A stretch of 32,000 bases of DNA, taken from Promethearchaeum syntrophicum (GTDB taxonomy: Archaea > Asgardarchaeota > Lokiarchaeia > Sigyniarchaeales > Promethearchaeaceae). Position 1 is the stretch's first letter; every line of letters starts with the position of its first letter. The notes beneath the pieces are model-generated. The model was not told the origin of the DNA. It ran no database searches and saw nothing but the letters and a program-made list of their open reading frames with translations. The translations under genes and the position numbers were made by a program. This document shows, piece after piece, positions 1 through 8,529 of the stretch. The stretch spans positions 3,630,001-3,662,000 of the forward strand of contig NZ_CP042905.2 in NCBI RefSeq assembly GCF_008000775.2. The letters run 5' to 3'.

Positions 1-25
1 GAAAAAAAACCGAGTTATTCTCGGT
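1..25 (-). terminator. Putative terminator of the 97..1647 gene (hairpin followed by oligo-T)
   Basis: The minus strand reads ACCGAG-AATAA-CTCGGT (25->9), followed directly by a T7 run (8->2). This lies about 70 nt downstream of the stop codon at 97..99. Oligo-T tracts are the established archaeal termination signal. Confidence 0.45.
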
Positions 26-96
26 CAGTGGTCATCTGGACCTCAAAGCAGATGATCATAGCATCGGGTTAATTACTTCTATCTGTAAAAAAAATA

Positions 97-1647
97 TTAT
101 TCTTCGACTAGATTTTTCTTTTTGTTTCTATATTCTTTAAACCACGGAATTGCTAATGTGATGGATGTCAAAATCCCCATAATAACAATATAAAATGGTT
201 GATATTCTACGTATTCGTATCCACTAAGGTCACTTTCATAGATCCAATTGCTCAATAATATAATTAATATATTTGTAATGAATACAATTAAATTAAGAAG
301 CAACGCTCCCAAATTAATATTTTTCTTGAATTTATGTTCCGTGAAAAGTAATCCGAAATTAAGGATTCCGAGTATTATTATTGAGATCGTATAAATTGAC
401 CACCCTTCCATCCAAGACGGAAAAATTCCAATTAACTCAATAAAATATAACATTTTAAGATAATTGTCATCGTTACTCAGTTCTTCTTTTAAATTACTTG
501 AATTTATGAACAATTGAATCAAAGCCATAGCTTGGAACACAATAAACACAATCCCAATAAAAATAAAATGGATGGTAAGTTCTGCACTCCTGAAAGAACT
601 TCCTAAAATAAATTCATAGATAGCAAAAGAGCTTCCCGAAATAATTAATCCATAGAGAATTAGCGGTAAATTAATTTTAATTTTGGAATTATTTTTATAC
701 TTAATAACAATGAAACCAATCACTGCACTTAATATGCTAAAAATTAGAAATTGTTTAATATACAGTAAACCGGCATTATATCCAAAAACGGACACAAAAT
801 TTCCTACTGTAAAATAGAAACTGAAGAATAAAATATTCAATTGATCTTTCTTAGATCCCGAAAGAAGGGAAACTCCAATTCCCAGACAACTGACTACAAA
901 TATCACCAAAAATAATAATTGAGGACTTTCTACTATTTTTATTCCATTACCGAAACCAGTTTCACTCCAATAAGTTAAAGAGAGAATTACCAGAAAACAA
1001 AGATATTGAATTCCAAATAAAATTAAATTTTTACCTTTCTCTTGCTCACGGGGTTTAAGAGAGAGCCAAATAGAAATTATTGCAATAATGATGCTAATTG
1101 ATAGCAGAATATAAAAAATAATTTCGGAAGTTTGATTATATCCCCAAAGAATTCCTACAAGATGTGCAGTGAACATTAGAATGATATCCAGAATCAATAT
1201 TATTATAGAAAAAATCAGCGAAAACTTAATCTCCTTTCCAGCAACCGAGATGCGATATAAAATTGGTTCGGCGGATTTTTCACTTGTTTCTTCCGCCTTC
1301 ATTCCCGATTTAAATTGATTTTTTTTATGTTCCTTTTTACTTATTACAATGATAAACGCTATAAGAATTAAAATCATGGTGACTGCAATTATATAAGGAA
1401 GGAAATCAGCTTGGAAAATATCAGAGAAAAATCTTGAAATAATTTCCCAAAATGAATCAACTCCCAGTCTATATCCTATATATTTCAATTTTAATGAGAA
1501 GTATGCTAGAAAAACATAGGGAATAAATATCATCAAAAAAATGTGTAAATTGTTCTTAAATTGAATTTTTGTTTCATTTTCTTCCGAAGTGTGGGAAGCC
1601 AGTATGGGTGCTTTCGACGCCATAAATGTGATAAACGAAAACGACAA
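97..1647 (-). CDS. Polytopic integral membrane protein, function unknown
   Basis: A 516-aa ORF made almost entirely of hydrophobic 20-25 aa segments (a dozen or more by eye), with short K/E-rich loops. I recognise no catalytic or family motif. The listed start is TTG at 1647; an in-frame ATG at 1623 (MASKAP...) is an alternative. Confidence 0.6.
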   Translation of the reverse strand: MSFSFITFMASKAPILASHTSEENETKIQFKNNLHIFLMIFIPYVFLAYFSLKLKYIGYRLGVDSFWEIISRFFSDIFQADFLPYIIAVTMILILIAFIIVISKKEHKKNQFKSGMKAEETSEKSAEPILYRISVAGKEIKFSLIFSIIILILDIILMFTAHLVGILWGYNQTSEIIFYILLSISIIIAIISIWLSLKPREQEKGKNLILFGIQYLCFLVILSLTYWSETGFGNGIKIVESPQLLFLVIFVVSCLGIGVSLLSGSKKDQLNILFFSFYFTVGNFVSVFGYNAGLLYIKQFLIFSILSAVIGFIVIKYKNNSKIKINLPLILYGLIISGSSFAIYEFILGSSFRSAELTIHFIFIGIVFIVFQAMALIQLFINSSNLKEELSNDDNYLKMLYFIELIGIFPSWMEGWSIYTISIIILGILNFGLLFTEHKFKKNINLGALLLNLIVFITNILIILLSNWIYESDLSGYEYVEYQPFYIVIMGILTSITLAIPWFKEYRNKKKNLVEE

Positions 1648-1669
1648 TATAGTTAGATCCCTTCATATT

Positions 1670-1705
1670 CATATGATACCATATGTCACCATATGATGCC
1701 TTATG
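1670..1705. repeat. Tandem decamer array with a palindromic CATATG core (3 perfect cores plus 1 degenerate)
   Basis: The sequence reads CATATGATAC / CATATGTCAC / CATATGATGC / CTTATGATTT. The CATATG cores sit at 1670, 1680 and 1690, an exact 10-bp phasing. The array lies between the MFS stop (1701..1703) and the start of the next minus-strand gene. Confidence 0.7.
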
Positions 1706-3050
1706 ATTTTTCATTTGTTTTTTCTATTTTATCATTATGAAGTTCTTTCTTGGTTTTTTCTGCTAAATGGGGGAGAATAAAGGTTACAGCAATCCAATAG
1801 AAAGGGATTAGACATAACTCAACATATATAGAAATCAGGAAGGGTGCTGTGGGATCAATTTTATCCCATGCTAAGCCGCCAAAAAGAGGTCCAGCAATAT
1901 TACCAATATTAATGAATAATTTTTGAAGACCAAAGATTTTTCCTCTATTATTTATAGAAATCCTGCTAAGTAGATTTTGCACTGAGAGCCCAGCAACGGA
2001 TGCAATAGTAGTATCTAGAGTCCACAGAATAGCAATCATTACTAATGAGTCTGTATTAAGGAAGAAATACGTAGTAATAGCCCCAAATACACTTGAAATT
2101 GTGATTGCTAATGCAGGATTAAACCTATCAACAAAACTTCCAATTTTTGGAGCAAGAGTAAATGAAATAATACCACCGGGGAGATAAGCAAATAAGAGTG
2201 CATTTGGATTATTCGAAATATTGTCTAAAATATAGATTTGAATAAAGGGTTGAGCGATCGACCCATTTAAACTCGCTAAGAATAGAACAATTAATAGAAA
2301 TACGAACCCTAAAATTAAAAATTTTGATTGTGAATTTCCATTCTTTTGGAACAATTCCTCAGTGAATGAATCTGAATTTAGATTGTCTTTCCTAAATTTT
2401 ATAGATTCATCAACATTTCGGACAAATTGAGTACCGGCATACATATTTCCTAATCCAAAAAGAATCATTGGAGAGAAAAGCAAAAAGACTGGCCAATTTA
2501 GTCCAGTTCCAAATCCAAAAAGTGTAAACCCAATAAAGGATCCGATCATTACACCTTTTCCCATTTCCTGGTCTCGCTTACCGAAGGCATAACTCCTATT
2601 TTCTCTGTTTGATTTTTCTGAAATCAGAGTGTCAAAGGGAATCCAAAAAAAACCAACCCCAAAACCTAGTGAAAATGTCCCTACACTAAGTAAAGTTAAT
2701 GATTGTGCTAAGGTGGCTATGTAAATGATAAAATATGAGATTCCTCTACCCCAAGACCCAACTAATATTAATTTAGTTTTTGAGAATTTTGAATTATCAG
2801 TTAAGATCCCAACAAATAGAGAAGAAAACATATATCCAAATATTTGTACTGAAGCCAAAAATCCAATTTGAAATCCCGTTGCTGTTAATGTTTCGTTAGC
2901 AATATAAGGAACAAGAAATGTAATATAGAACAGTCCTAAACTATTATAAAACACTATTTTTATCATTGAGTTAAAATCTTCAGTAGTTTTTGGAAGCGCC
3001 TTTCTGTCAGCTGTTGTTATTTCGTCTATAATTTTGGGTATATCGGTCAT
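1701..3050 (-). CDS. Major facilitator superfamily (MFS) transporter
   Basis: A 449-aa ORF with about 12 hydrophobic helices in a 6+6 arrangement around a central hydrophilic loop (residues ~210-245). The GILTDNSKFSKTKLIL segment after TM2 resembles the MFS G-x-x-x-D-R/K-x-G-R-R/K loop. ATG start at 3050. Confidence 0.7.
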   Translation of the reverse strand: MTDIPKIIDEITTADRKALPKTTEDFNSMIKIVFYNSLGLFYITFLVPYIANETLTATGFQIGFLASVQIFGYMFSSLFVGILTDNSKFSKTKLILVGSWGRGISYFIIYIATLAQSLTLLSVGTFSLGFGVGFFWIPFDTLISEKSNRENRSYAFGKRDQEMGKGVMIGSFIGFTLFGFGTGLNWPVFLLFSPMILFGLGNMYAGTQFVRNVDESIKFRKDNLNSDSFTEELFQKNGNSQSKFLILGFVFLLIVLFLASLNGSIAQPFIQIYILDNISNNPNALLFAYLPGGIISFTLAPKIGSFVDRFNPALAITISSVFGAITTYFFLNTDSLVMIAILWTLDTTIASVAGLSVQNLLSRISINNRGKIFGLQKLFINIGNIAGPLFGGLAWDKIDPTAPFLISIYVELCLIPFYWIAVTFILPHLAEKTKKELHNDKIEKTNEKS

Positions 3051-3140
3051 TGGTATTTCACGTTTCTTTTTAAAATCTCAATAATCACTATGAGGTTATG
3101 TCAATAGATAATACTTCAACGTAGTTACTGCCATTTGTTA

Positions 3141-3800
3141 TCAAATTAAGAAAGTACAATCTTTAGCATAGAAAAGCAATAATCCACTTTTAAATTTCAC
3201 TTTTATTGACCCATTTGCTACATTACTCAAAGTCAAAGTTGATGAGAGTTCTACAGTTTTATTCTTTAAATCATAATTACTTCCTGTTATTGATACACCA
3301 GTGCATTTACTAAATGGGATTAAAGAAAAAATCGTGTTTGGTTTTAATTCTATGATTGATTCAGAATCAGATTCTAACGCCCATAAAACACCATTAGGGG
3401 TTAAAATTTTAATGAAAATTGGTTTTTTAAATAATAACAATGCATTAAATAGAAAATGATCAAGCCGCGCACCGCTGCTGTTTAGAATTATCATTTCTTG
3501 GAATTTTCTTTTCAATGCGAAATCAATGGCTAATTCAGTATCAGATTTATCCTTATCACTTTTAAATCTTAAAATTTTATCATTAGAATATTTTTTTAAA
3601 ATATCGGGCTCAACCGAATCAAAATCTCCAATTATTTTTGAGATTGGGATTTTAAGTTTATCGCAAATCTCAAGACCCTTATCGATTGCGTAAATCGTGT
3701 CTTTTCTCACATCAATTATGTTTTCTTTAACGAATTTCAAATATTCATAGTTAATTTCTGGTGAACCACTAATTAAGAAAGCTCTTGGATATGATTTCAT
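3141..3800 (-). CDS. Thiamine pyrophosphokinase (TPK)
   Basis: The 219-aa product has the TPK hallmark motifs in order: IIGDFDSV, KDKSDTELA (KD-x-TD-x-E-x-A) and GARLDHFLFNALLL (G-x-R-x-DH). The length and the C-terminal beta-rich thiamine-binding half are typical of the family. Confidence 0.85.
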   Translation of the reverse strand: MKSYPRAFLISGSPEINYEYLKFVKENIIDVRKDTIYAIDKGLEICDKLKIPISKIIGDFDSVEPDILKKYSNDKILRFKSDKDKSDTELAIDFALKRKFQEMIILNSSGARLDHFLFNALLLFKKPIFIKILTPNGVLWALESDSESIIELKPNTIFSLIPFSKCTGVSITGSNYDLKNKTVELSSTLTLSNVANGSIKVKFKSGLLLFYAKDCTFLI

Positions 3801-3864
3801 CGAATAAAGAAAAAATGAAAACCATTTAAAATATCTTATTTTTTAAATCTAATGTGAAAAAAAT

Positions 3865-4251
3865 ATGGAAACAACTAAATCAGTTCTTAGTTCACTCGTG
3901 AGTCTGCTTCGAACATATGGTCACAGATTGCTTGCAGAATTAACGGATGAAGAAATACATTGGGTACCTTCTCAAACCAGAGGACGTTCCATTTATAGTT
4001 ATTTCCTCCATTTGATCAATTCAGAATACTATTGGTTCAAGGATTTTGGTTTTTCAACCCCAGAATACCTTGGGAAAGATGCACCTTTTGACGAGCTTTT
4101 GCAGAGTTATAATGATCTGGAGAACTATCTGATCGAAACGATTCATAATATACCAGATGATCAATTTTTTTTACCTACTAAATTTTTGGAAATTAGTATT
4201 TTTAGGAAAAACTATAACATCTATTTTTTATTTTATGAAATTGTTACTTAA
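3865..4251 (+). CDS. Hypothetical protein with a DinB/YfiT-like N-terminus, possibly truncated
   Basis: The segment LAELTDEEIHWVPSQTRGRSIYSYFLHLINSEYYW resembles the first helices of DinB-superfamily four-helix bundles. The last ~30 aa (FFLPTKFLEISIFRKNYNIYFLFYEIVT) look non-native and follow a T8 run at ~4165. Confidence 0.3.
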   Translation: METTKSVLSSLVSLLRTYGHRLLAELTDEEIHWVPSQTRGRSIYSYFLHLINSEYYWFKDFGFSTPEYLGKDAPFDELLQSYNDLENYLIETIHNIPDDQFFLPTKFLEISIFRKNYNIYFLFYEIVT

Positions 4252-4270
4252 AGCAAACAAACTTGAAGGA

Positions 4271-4295
4271 AAACTCTTCGGGATGAGTTTTTCGA
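4271..4295 (+). terminator. Hairpin plus T-run downstream of the 3865..4251 ORF
   Basis: AAACTC (4271..4276) pairs with GAGTTT (4285..4290) across an 8-nt loop. The hairpin is followed by TTCGATTTT. Confidence 0.3.
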
Positions 4296-4358
4296 TTTTA
4301 AATTAAACTCGAAAGCCATTTATAGCATCTCTTTTTTTTATTCACATGTGGAAACACA

Positions 4359-5567
4359 ATGAAAAAAAATTATACTTTTTTATCGATTTTACTATTACTT
4401 CTAGTGGTAAGTTCACAGATTTCAGTAAAAAGTGAAGAAATTCAGAGTGAGACGAAACTAACGATATATACTTATGATTCCCTTCTAGATGATCCTGGTT
4501 ACGATTTTATAGGAGCGTTTGCAAATCATTCTGGGATATTGAAGGAAGAAATTAATCTTGTGCTCTTATCAGATGCCAACCAAATTGTAACACAAATGGC
4601 GTTGGAAAAGGATAGCCCCGTTGCAGATGTAGCAATAGGTATTGATAATGTTCTTATCCATAGTGCAAAAAGAGATAATTTGTTAACGCCTTATATCTCC
4701 CCTGAATTAGCAAATATATCCTCAGATTTGATAGATAACCTCGATTCTGAAAAATTTGTTCTACCCTATGATTTTGGTATAATAGCTTTATATTATGATA
4801 TGAATCGAATAAATTCAACTACAAATCCAGAGATTACGAATATAACTTTAGAGGAAATTATTGAGTTCGATTTGGATAAAAAACTAATTGTTGAAGATCC
4901 AACTCTGAGTTCACCAGGATTAGGTTTTCTTCTATGGACGATTGCAATTTATGGTGATCCTACAATTAATTTCAACGGAACCTTAGGTTTAGATTGGCGT
5001 GATTGGTGGAAAACAACAAAGGATGATTTGAGGATTGCCCCAAGTTGGACCGCAGCTTTTGGGGAATGGTATGAGGGGGAAGAAAATCGCCCAATTATGG
5101 TTTCATATGGAACAAGTCCAGCATATAGTGCTTGTCAATATAATGATACATCTCAAGGCGCCTTTTTATCTCATGAAAATGGAACGCAAAACGGATGGTT
5201 ACAAATCGAAGGAATTGGGCTCGTGAATAACGCCCCTCATGAAGATCTTGCCAAGAATTTTATAGATTGGTTCTTAAGTAAAGAACTCCAAGACAACATT
5301 GCGGAAAATAATTGGATGTATCCCGCAAATGATTACGCTGAAATCTCAACTAGGTTTAATGAATCATCAATTAATCCCGATGATGTTAACATTTTAAATT
5401 CACTAATATCTTCGGAAACAATAGGAACAAATCTCGAGATGTGGAAGGGAGATTGGGAAACCATTATAAGTTCAGACCTTAACATTAGCGGATATAGTTC
5501 AATTTTCTTCATTTTTGCTTCAATAGGAGCAATAGCGTATATACAAAAGAAAATAAAGAGAAATTAG
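4359..5567 (+). CDS. thiB: Thiamine/TPP-binding ABC substrate-binding protein (TbpA/ThiB family), membrane-anchored
   Basis: Blocks are collinear with E. coli TbpA as I remember it. LTIYTYDS matches LTVYTYDS. ADVAIGIDNVL matches ADVVLGLDNNL. LPYDFGIIALYYD matches VPFDYGYFAFVYD. DPTLSSPGLGFLLW matches DPRTSTPGLGLLLW. VSYGTSPAY matches LSYTTSPAY. NIAENNWMYPAN matches AIPTGNWMYPVA. There is an N-terminal signal peptide and a C-terminal hydrophobic anchor followed by KKIKRN. Confidence 0.85.
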   Translation: MKKNYTFLSILLLLLVVSSQISVKSEEIQSETKLTIYTYDSLLDDPGYDFIGAFANHSGILKEEINLVLLSDANQIVTQMALEKDSPVADVAIGIDNVLIHSAKRDNLLTPYISPELANISSDLIDNLDSEKFVLPYDFGIIALYYDMNRINSTTNPEITNITLEEIIEFDLDKKLIVEDPTLSSPGLGFLLWTIAIYGDPTINFNGTLGLDWRDWWKTTKDDLRIAPSWTAAFGEWYEGEENRPIMVSYGTSPAYSACQYNDTSQGAFLSHENGTQNGWLQIEGIGLVNNAPHEDLAKNFIDWFLSKELQDNIAENNWMYPANDYAEISTRFNESSINPDDVNILNSLISSETIGTNLEMWKGDWETIISSDLNISGYSSIFFIFASIGAIAYIQKKIKRN

Positions 5568-5608
5568 AAAAATCGAAAATAAGAAAATCTAAAGGTTAAA
5601 ATTAATAC

Positions 5609-7351
5609 ATGAAAAATTCAAAGCCGAATTCGAAAATTAAGACTGAAGGCTTATTAAATAAGCTGATTGTAGGGATAGTTATTACAGCCTTAATTTCTTT
5701 TTTACTCACTTTTTTTTATTTACCAATTGTTAAAATCTTAAATTTTGCGTTAATTCAAGAGGGTTCATTCACATTCGATATTTTTTGGTCGACTCTCACT
5801 TCTTCATTAAATCTTAATGCTATTGCCTTTACTTTTATTCAATCACTACTTACGACATTTATTTGTATGTTTTTAGGATTTCCAGTCTCATTTTTTTTAG
5901 CTAAATATTCCTTTAAAGGGAGAAAATTGATAATAAATCTATTAACTGTTCCGTTTGTGTTACCATCAATTGTAGTTTTACTCGGTTTTATAATTTTATA
6001 CGGTGAAGGAGGTTTTATCAACCAAATTTGGATAAATATTGCTGGAGTGCCTTTAATCAATTTGTACGGAAGTATTGAAGGCATTGTACTTGCTCATTCC
6101 TTTTATAATATTTCAGTAATAATCCGAATGATGATCCCAGCTTGGGAAAATCTTGATCCGAATTTAACTGAAATTTCCAAGACACTTGGAGGAAAAAACT
6201 GGATGATATTCTGGAAAATTATGTTTCCCCAAATCAAAAACTACCTGATCTCAGCCGGTTTGTTGGTATTTACCTACACTTTCAACAGCTTTGCTCTTGT
6301 CTTGTATCTTGGTGAAGTAAAATTCCAAACCTTGGAAGTAAGAATTTTTAAACTGATGAGGAATACTTTAGATTTTCCTGCAGGGGCATCTTTAGGAATT
6401 TTACAACTGTTTTTTAATTTAATCATAATAATTCTCTATATAATTTTTGAAAAGAAAACTAGGGCCATGGCTTCTGGAAAAGATAACATATATCACCATG
6501 AAAAAATTGTTTTTTTAAAATCAAACTGGAAAAAAACTTTAGGAGAAATAATCCTCATAATTTTTACAATTCTCATAATTCTTTTCTCAATTTCACCTAT
6601 GATTGCAGTTTTCATTACTTCTCTTACTCCGAATACCTTAGGTGGTTCTCCATTTTGGGGATATACAAGTTTATTATCAAATGATTATGATACTCTACTT
6701 GGAGCACCTCCTTCAAGATTACTTCTAAATACATTAACATTTGCCTTTCTAACCACATTAATTACTTTGATTTTCTCAATCGGAATTGTTTTTATACTCA
6801 GAAATCGCTTGCAGCGCGTAAATAATTATAAAAAATCAGTTATTGAAAACATAATATCACTAGCAATTATTCTACCAATGGGTACTTCATCGATTACATT
6901 AGCAATGGGGTTATTTCTTCAACTGAAAGATAGTGCCGTTTTTAAAAATTATGTGTGGATATTAATTGTTCTCGCTCATGTTTTAATTAGCGTCCCCTTT
7001 GCAACGAGATCTATTTTATCAGCCTACAATCGAATTGATACTGATTTGCTTAATATTGCTTCTACGTTGGGGGCATCCAGATTAAGAATATTTTGGAAGG
7101 TAGAATTGCCCATGATAAAATCAGGGTTAATAGTTGCAGGAATTTTTTCATTTGCTATAAGTCTTGGTGAGTTTGGTGCCACCAATTTCTTAGCTCGGGC
7201 AGAATACGGGACATTATCATTAGGAATTTCAAAATTATTATCTTCACGAACAATGCAACTCCCGGCTTCAATGGCTAGCATTTTAATCATCGTAACTTTT
7301 ATTTGCTTTTTTTTAATTCAAAAAACAGGAGAAAAAGATTTGAAATTTTAA
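5609..7351 (+). CDS. thiP: Thiamine ABC transporter permease (fused two-domain ThiP type)
   Basis: A 580-aa ORF with about 12 TM helices. It has two EAA-type loops (ISKTLGGKNWMIFWKIMFPQIK and ASTLGASRLRIFWKVELPMIK), which indicates a duplicated permease domain as in ThiP. It sits directly downstream of thiB. Confidence 0.75.
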   Translation: MKNSKPNSKIKTEGLLNKLIVGIVITALISFLLTFFYLPIVKILNFALIQEGSFTFDIFWSTLTSSLNLNAIAFTFIQSLLTTFICMFLGFPVSFFLAKYSFKGRKLIINLLTVPFVLPSIVVLLGFIILYGEGGFINQIWINIAGVPLINLYGSIEGIVLAHSFYNISVIIRMMIPAWENLDPNLTEISKTLGGKNWMIFWKIMFPQIKNYLISAGLLVFTYTFNSFALVLYLGEVKFQTLEVRIFKLMRNTLDFPAGASLGILQLFFNLIIIILYIIFEKKTRAMASGKDNIYHHEKIVFLKSNWKKTLGEIILIIFTILIILFSISPMIAVFITSLTPNTLGGSPFWGYTSLLSNDYDTLLGAPPSRLLLNTLTFAFLTTLITLIFSIGIVFILRNRLQRVNNYKKSVIENIISLAIILPMGTSSITLAMGLFLQLKDSAVFKNYVWILIVLAHVLISVPFATRSILSAYNRIDTDLLNIASTLGASRLRIFWKVELPMIKSGLIVAGIFSFAISLGEFGATNFLARAEYGTLSLGISKLLSSRTMQLPASMASILIIVTFICFFLIQKTGEKDLKF

Positions 7352-7382
7352 AATTCAAATTATCACAGAATGTGTTGCTAAC

Positions 7383-8486
7383 ATGACCTACTTAAAACTT
7401 CAGAATATTCACATGAAATACCAAAATGAATTGATAATTAATGATCTTAATTTAAATGTTGAACGCGGAGAACTTTTAATCCTATTAGGCTCAAGTGGAT
7501 GTGGAAAAACAACATTACTCAAAATTATTGCAGGTTTAATTCACCCTGAACAAGGTTTAATTATGATTGAAGATCAAGATATTACAAATTTTTCTCCACA
7601 AAAAAGAGAAATTGGTTATGTCCCTCAGTCCCAAGTTCTATTTCCCCACCTAAACATCAAGGAAAATATTGCATTTGGACTTCGCGCTAGAAATAAAGAA
7701 AATTCTAAAGAAGAAATTGAGCAAAAAATCCAAGAAGTTGCTAAATTAGCTCAAATCGAAGATATTTTATCTCGTTTTCCAAGTGAAATTAGTGGAGGGC
7801 AAAAACAGCGAGTTGCCCTAGCTAGAGCTATAGTTATAAATCCAAGATTACTTTTACTTGATGAACCCTTATCAAGTATTGATGCAAACGGTCGCGAATC
7901 CTTAGCATTAATGATAAAACGAATCCAAAGAGAAACAAAAACAACTACAATTTATGTCACACACAATCAACAAGAAGCTCGTTTGATTGCTGATAAAGTT
8001 GCTATAATGTATGATGGGATAATACAACAATCAGGAACCATGACAGATATCGATATCCATCCGATGAATTTCCAGATCGCTAACATAATTGGAAAACTCA
8101 ATATTTGGAAAGTATATTCGCAAAAATTTGAACAAGGACAGCTAATTATTTCGAGTCCTCTCGGTGATATAACAATTGCTTCTAAAGAAGAGAAAAAAAT
8201 AGCAGGAATTCAAATTCACCCCAGTAAAATCAAAATAGCTAATGAAAATGAAAACTTCGACATGAAATTCTCAGAGCAGATTTTAGTAATTAAAGGGAAA
8301 ATAATCTCCATTATTCAATTAAAAAGTAAAATATTTCAAATAATTATCCAAATCAATGAAAATCAATTAACTAAGCCATTTATCTACATCAAAATGCAAT
8401 TGCTGGATCAAAATTTAATTAAAAATCTAACAATTAACCAAGATATTAAACTTAAAATAGATCCAAAGGATATAATTCTTTTTTGA
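7383..8486 (+). CDS. thiQ: ABC transporter ATP-binding protein with a C-terminal regulatory (TOBE-like) extension; thiamine importer by context
   Basis: All the ABC ATPase motifs are present: Walker A GSSGCGKTT, Q-loop YVPQ, signature ISGGQKQRVALARA, Walker B LLLLDEPLS and H-loop YVTHNQ. About 130 extra C-terminal residues are beta-rich, as in PotA/CysA-type ATPases. This is longer than the E. coli ThiQ I recall. Confidence 0.7.
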   Translation: MTYLKLQNIHMKYQNELIINDLNLNVERGELLILLGSSGCGKTTLLKIIAGLIHPEQGLIMIEDQDITNFSPQKREIGYVPQSQVLFPHLNIKENIAFGLRARNKENSKEEIEQKIQEVAKLAQIEDILSRFPSEISGGQKQRVALARAIVINPRLLLLDEPLSSIDANGRESLALMIKRIQRETKTTTIYVTHNQQEARLIADKVAIMYDGIIQQSGTMTDIDIHPMNFQIANIIGKLNIWKVYSQKFEQGQLIISSPLGDITIASKEEKKIAGIQIHPSKIKIANENENFDMKFSEQILVIKGKIISIIQLKSKIFQIIIQINENQLTKPFIYIKMQLLDQNLIKNLTINQDIKLKIDPKDIILF

Positions 8487-8529
8487 TTTTTATCTACTTC
8501 AGAGTTATTGTGAAACAAATCCAAAGATA

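Noticed and set aside
26-96. A C/D-box sRNA on the minus strand (AUGAUCA ... AGAUGAC ... CUGA)
   Set aside because: The box C candidates deviate from RUGAUGA, and box spacing does not give the 12-nt guide geometry. The adjacent hairpin plus T-run is better explained as the terminator of the upstream gene.
3865-4251. A frameshifted DinB-like gene that could be repaired at the T8 run (~4165)
   Set aside because: Translating the alternative frames downstream of the homopolymer gives no recognisable DinB C-terminal His motifs. I cannot distinguish a genuine short protein from a decayed gene.
4252-4358. A TPP riboswitch upstream of the thiamine ABC importer (also checked in 3801..3864)
   Set aside because: The conserved CUGAGA and ACCUGAUCUGGAUAAUGCCAGCG-like elements are not present. 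Only a small terminator-like hairpin and a TATA-like TTTATAG are visible. A covariance-model scan would be the definitive test.
5035-5226. Small embedded or antisense ORFs in the left and central parts of the window (5035..5226, 5839..6084, 7024..7290, 8837..9100, 10261..10461, 10493..10693, 12532..12717, 13544..13726, 13813..14001, 20997..21236, 21160..21348, 22798..23082, 23401..23595, 30439..30630)
   Set aside because: Each overlaps a longer ORF with clear family motifs on the same or opposite strand, or sits in an AT-rich spacer. None has a recognisable motif or an SD.
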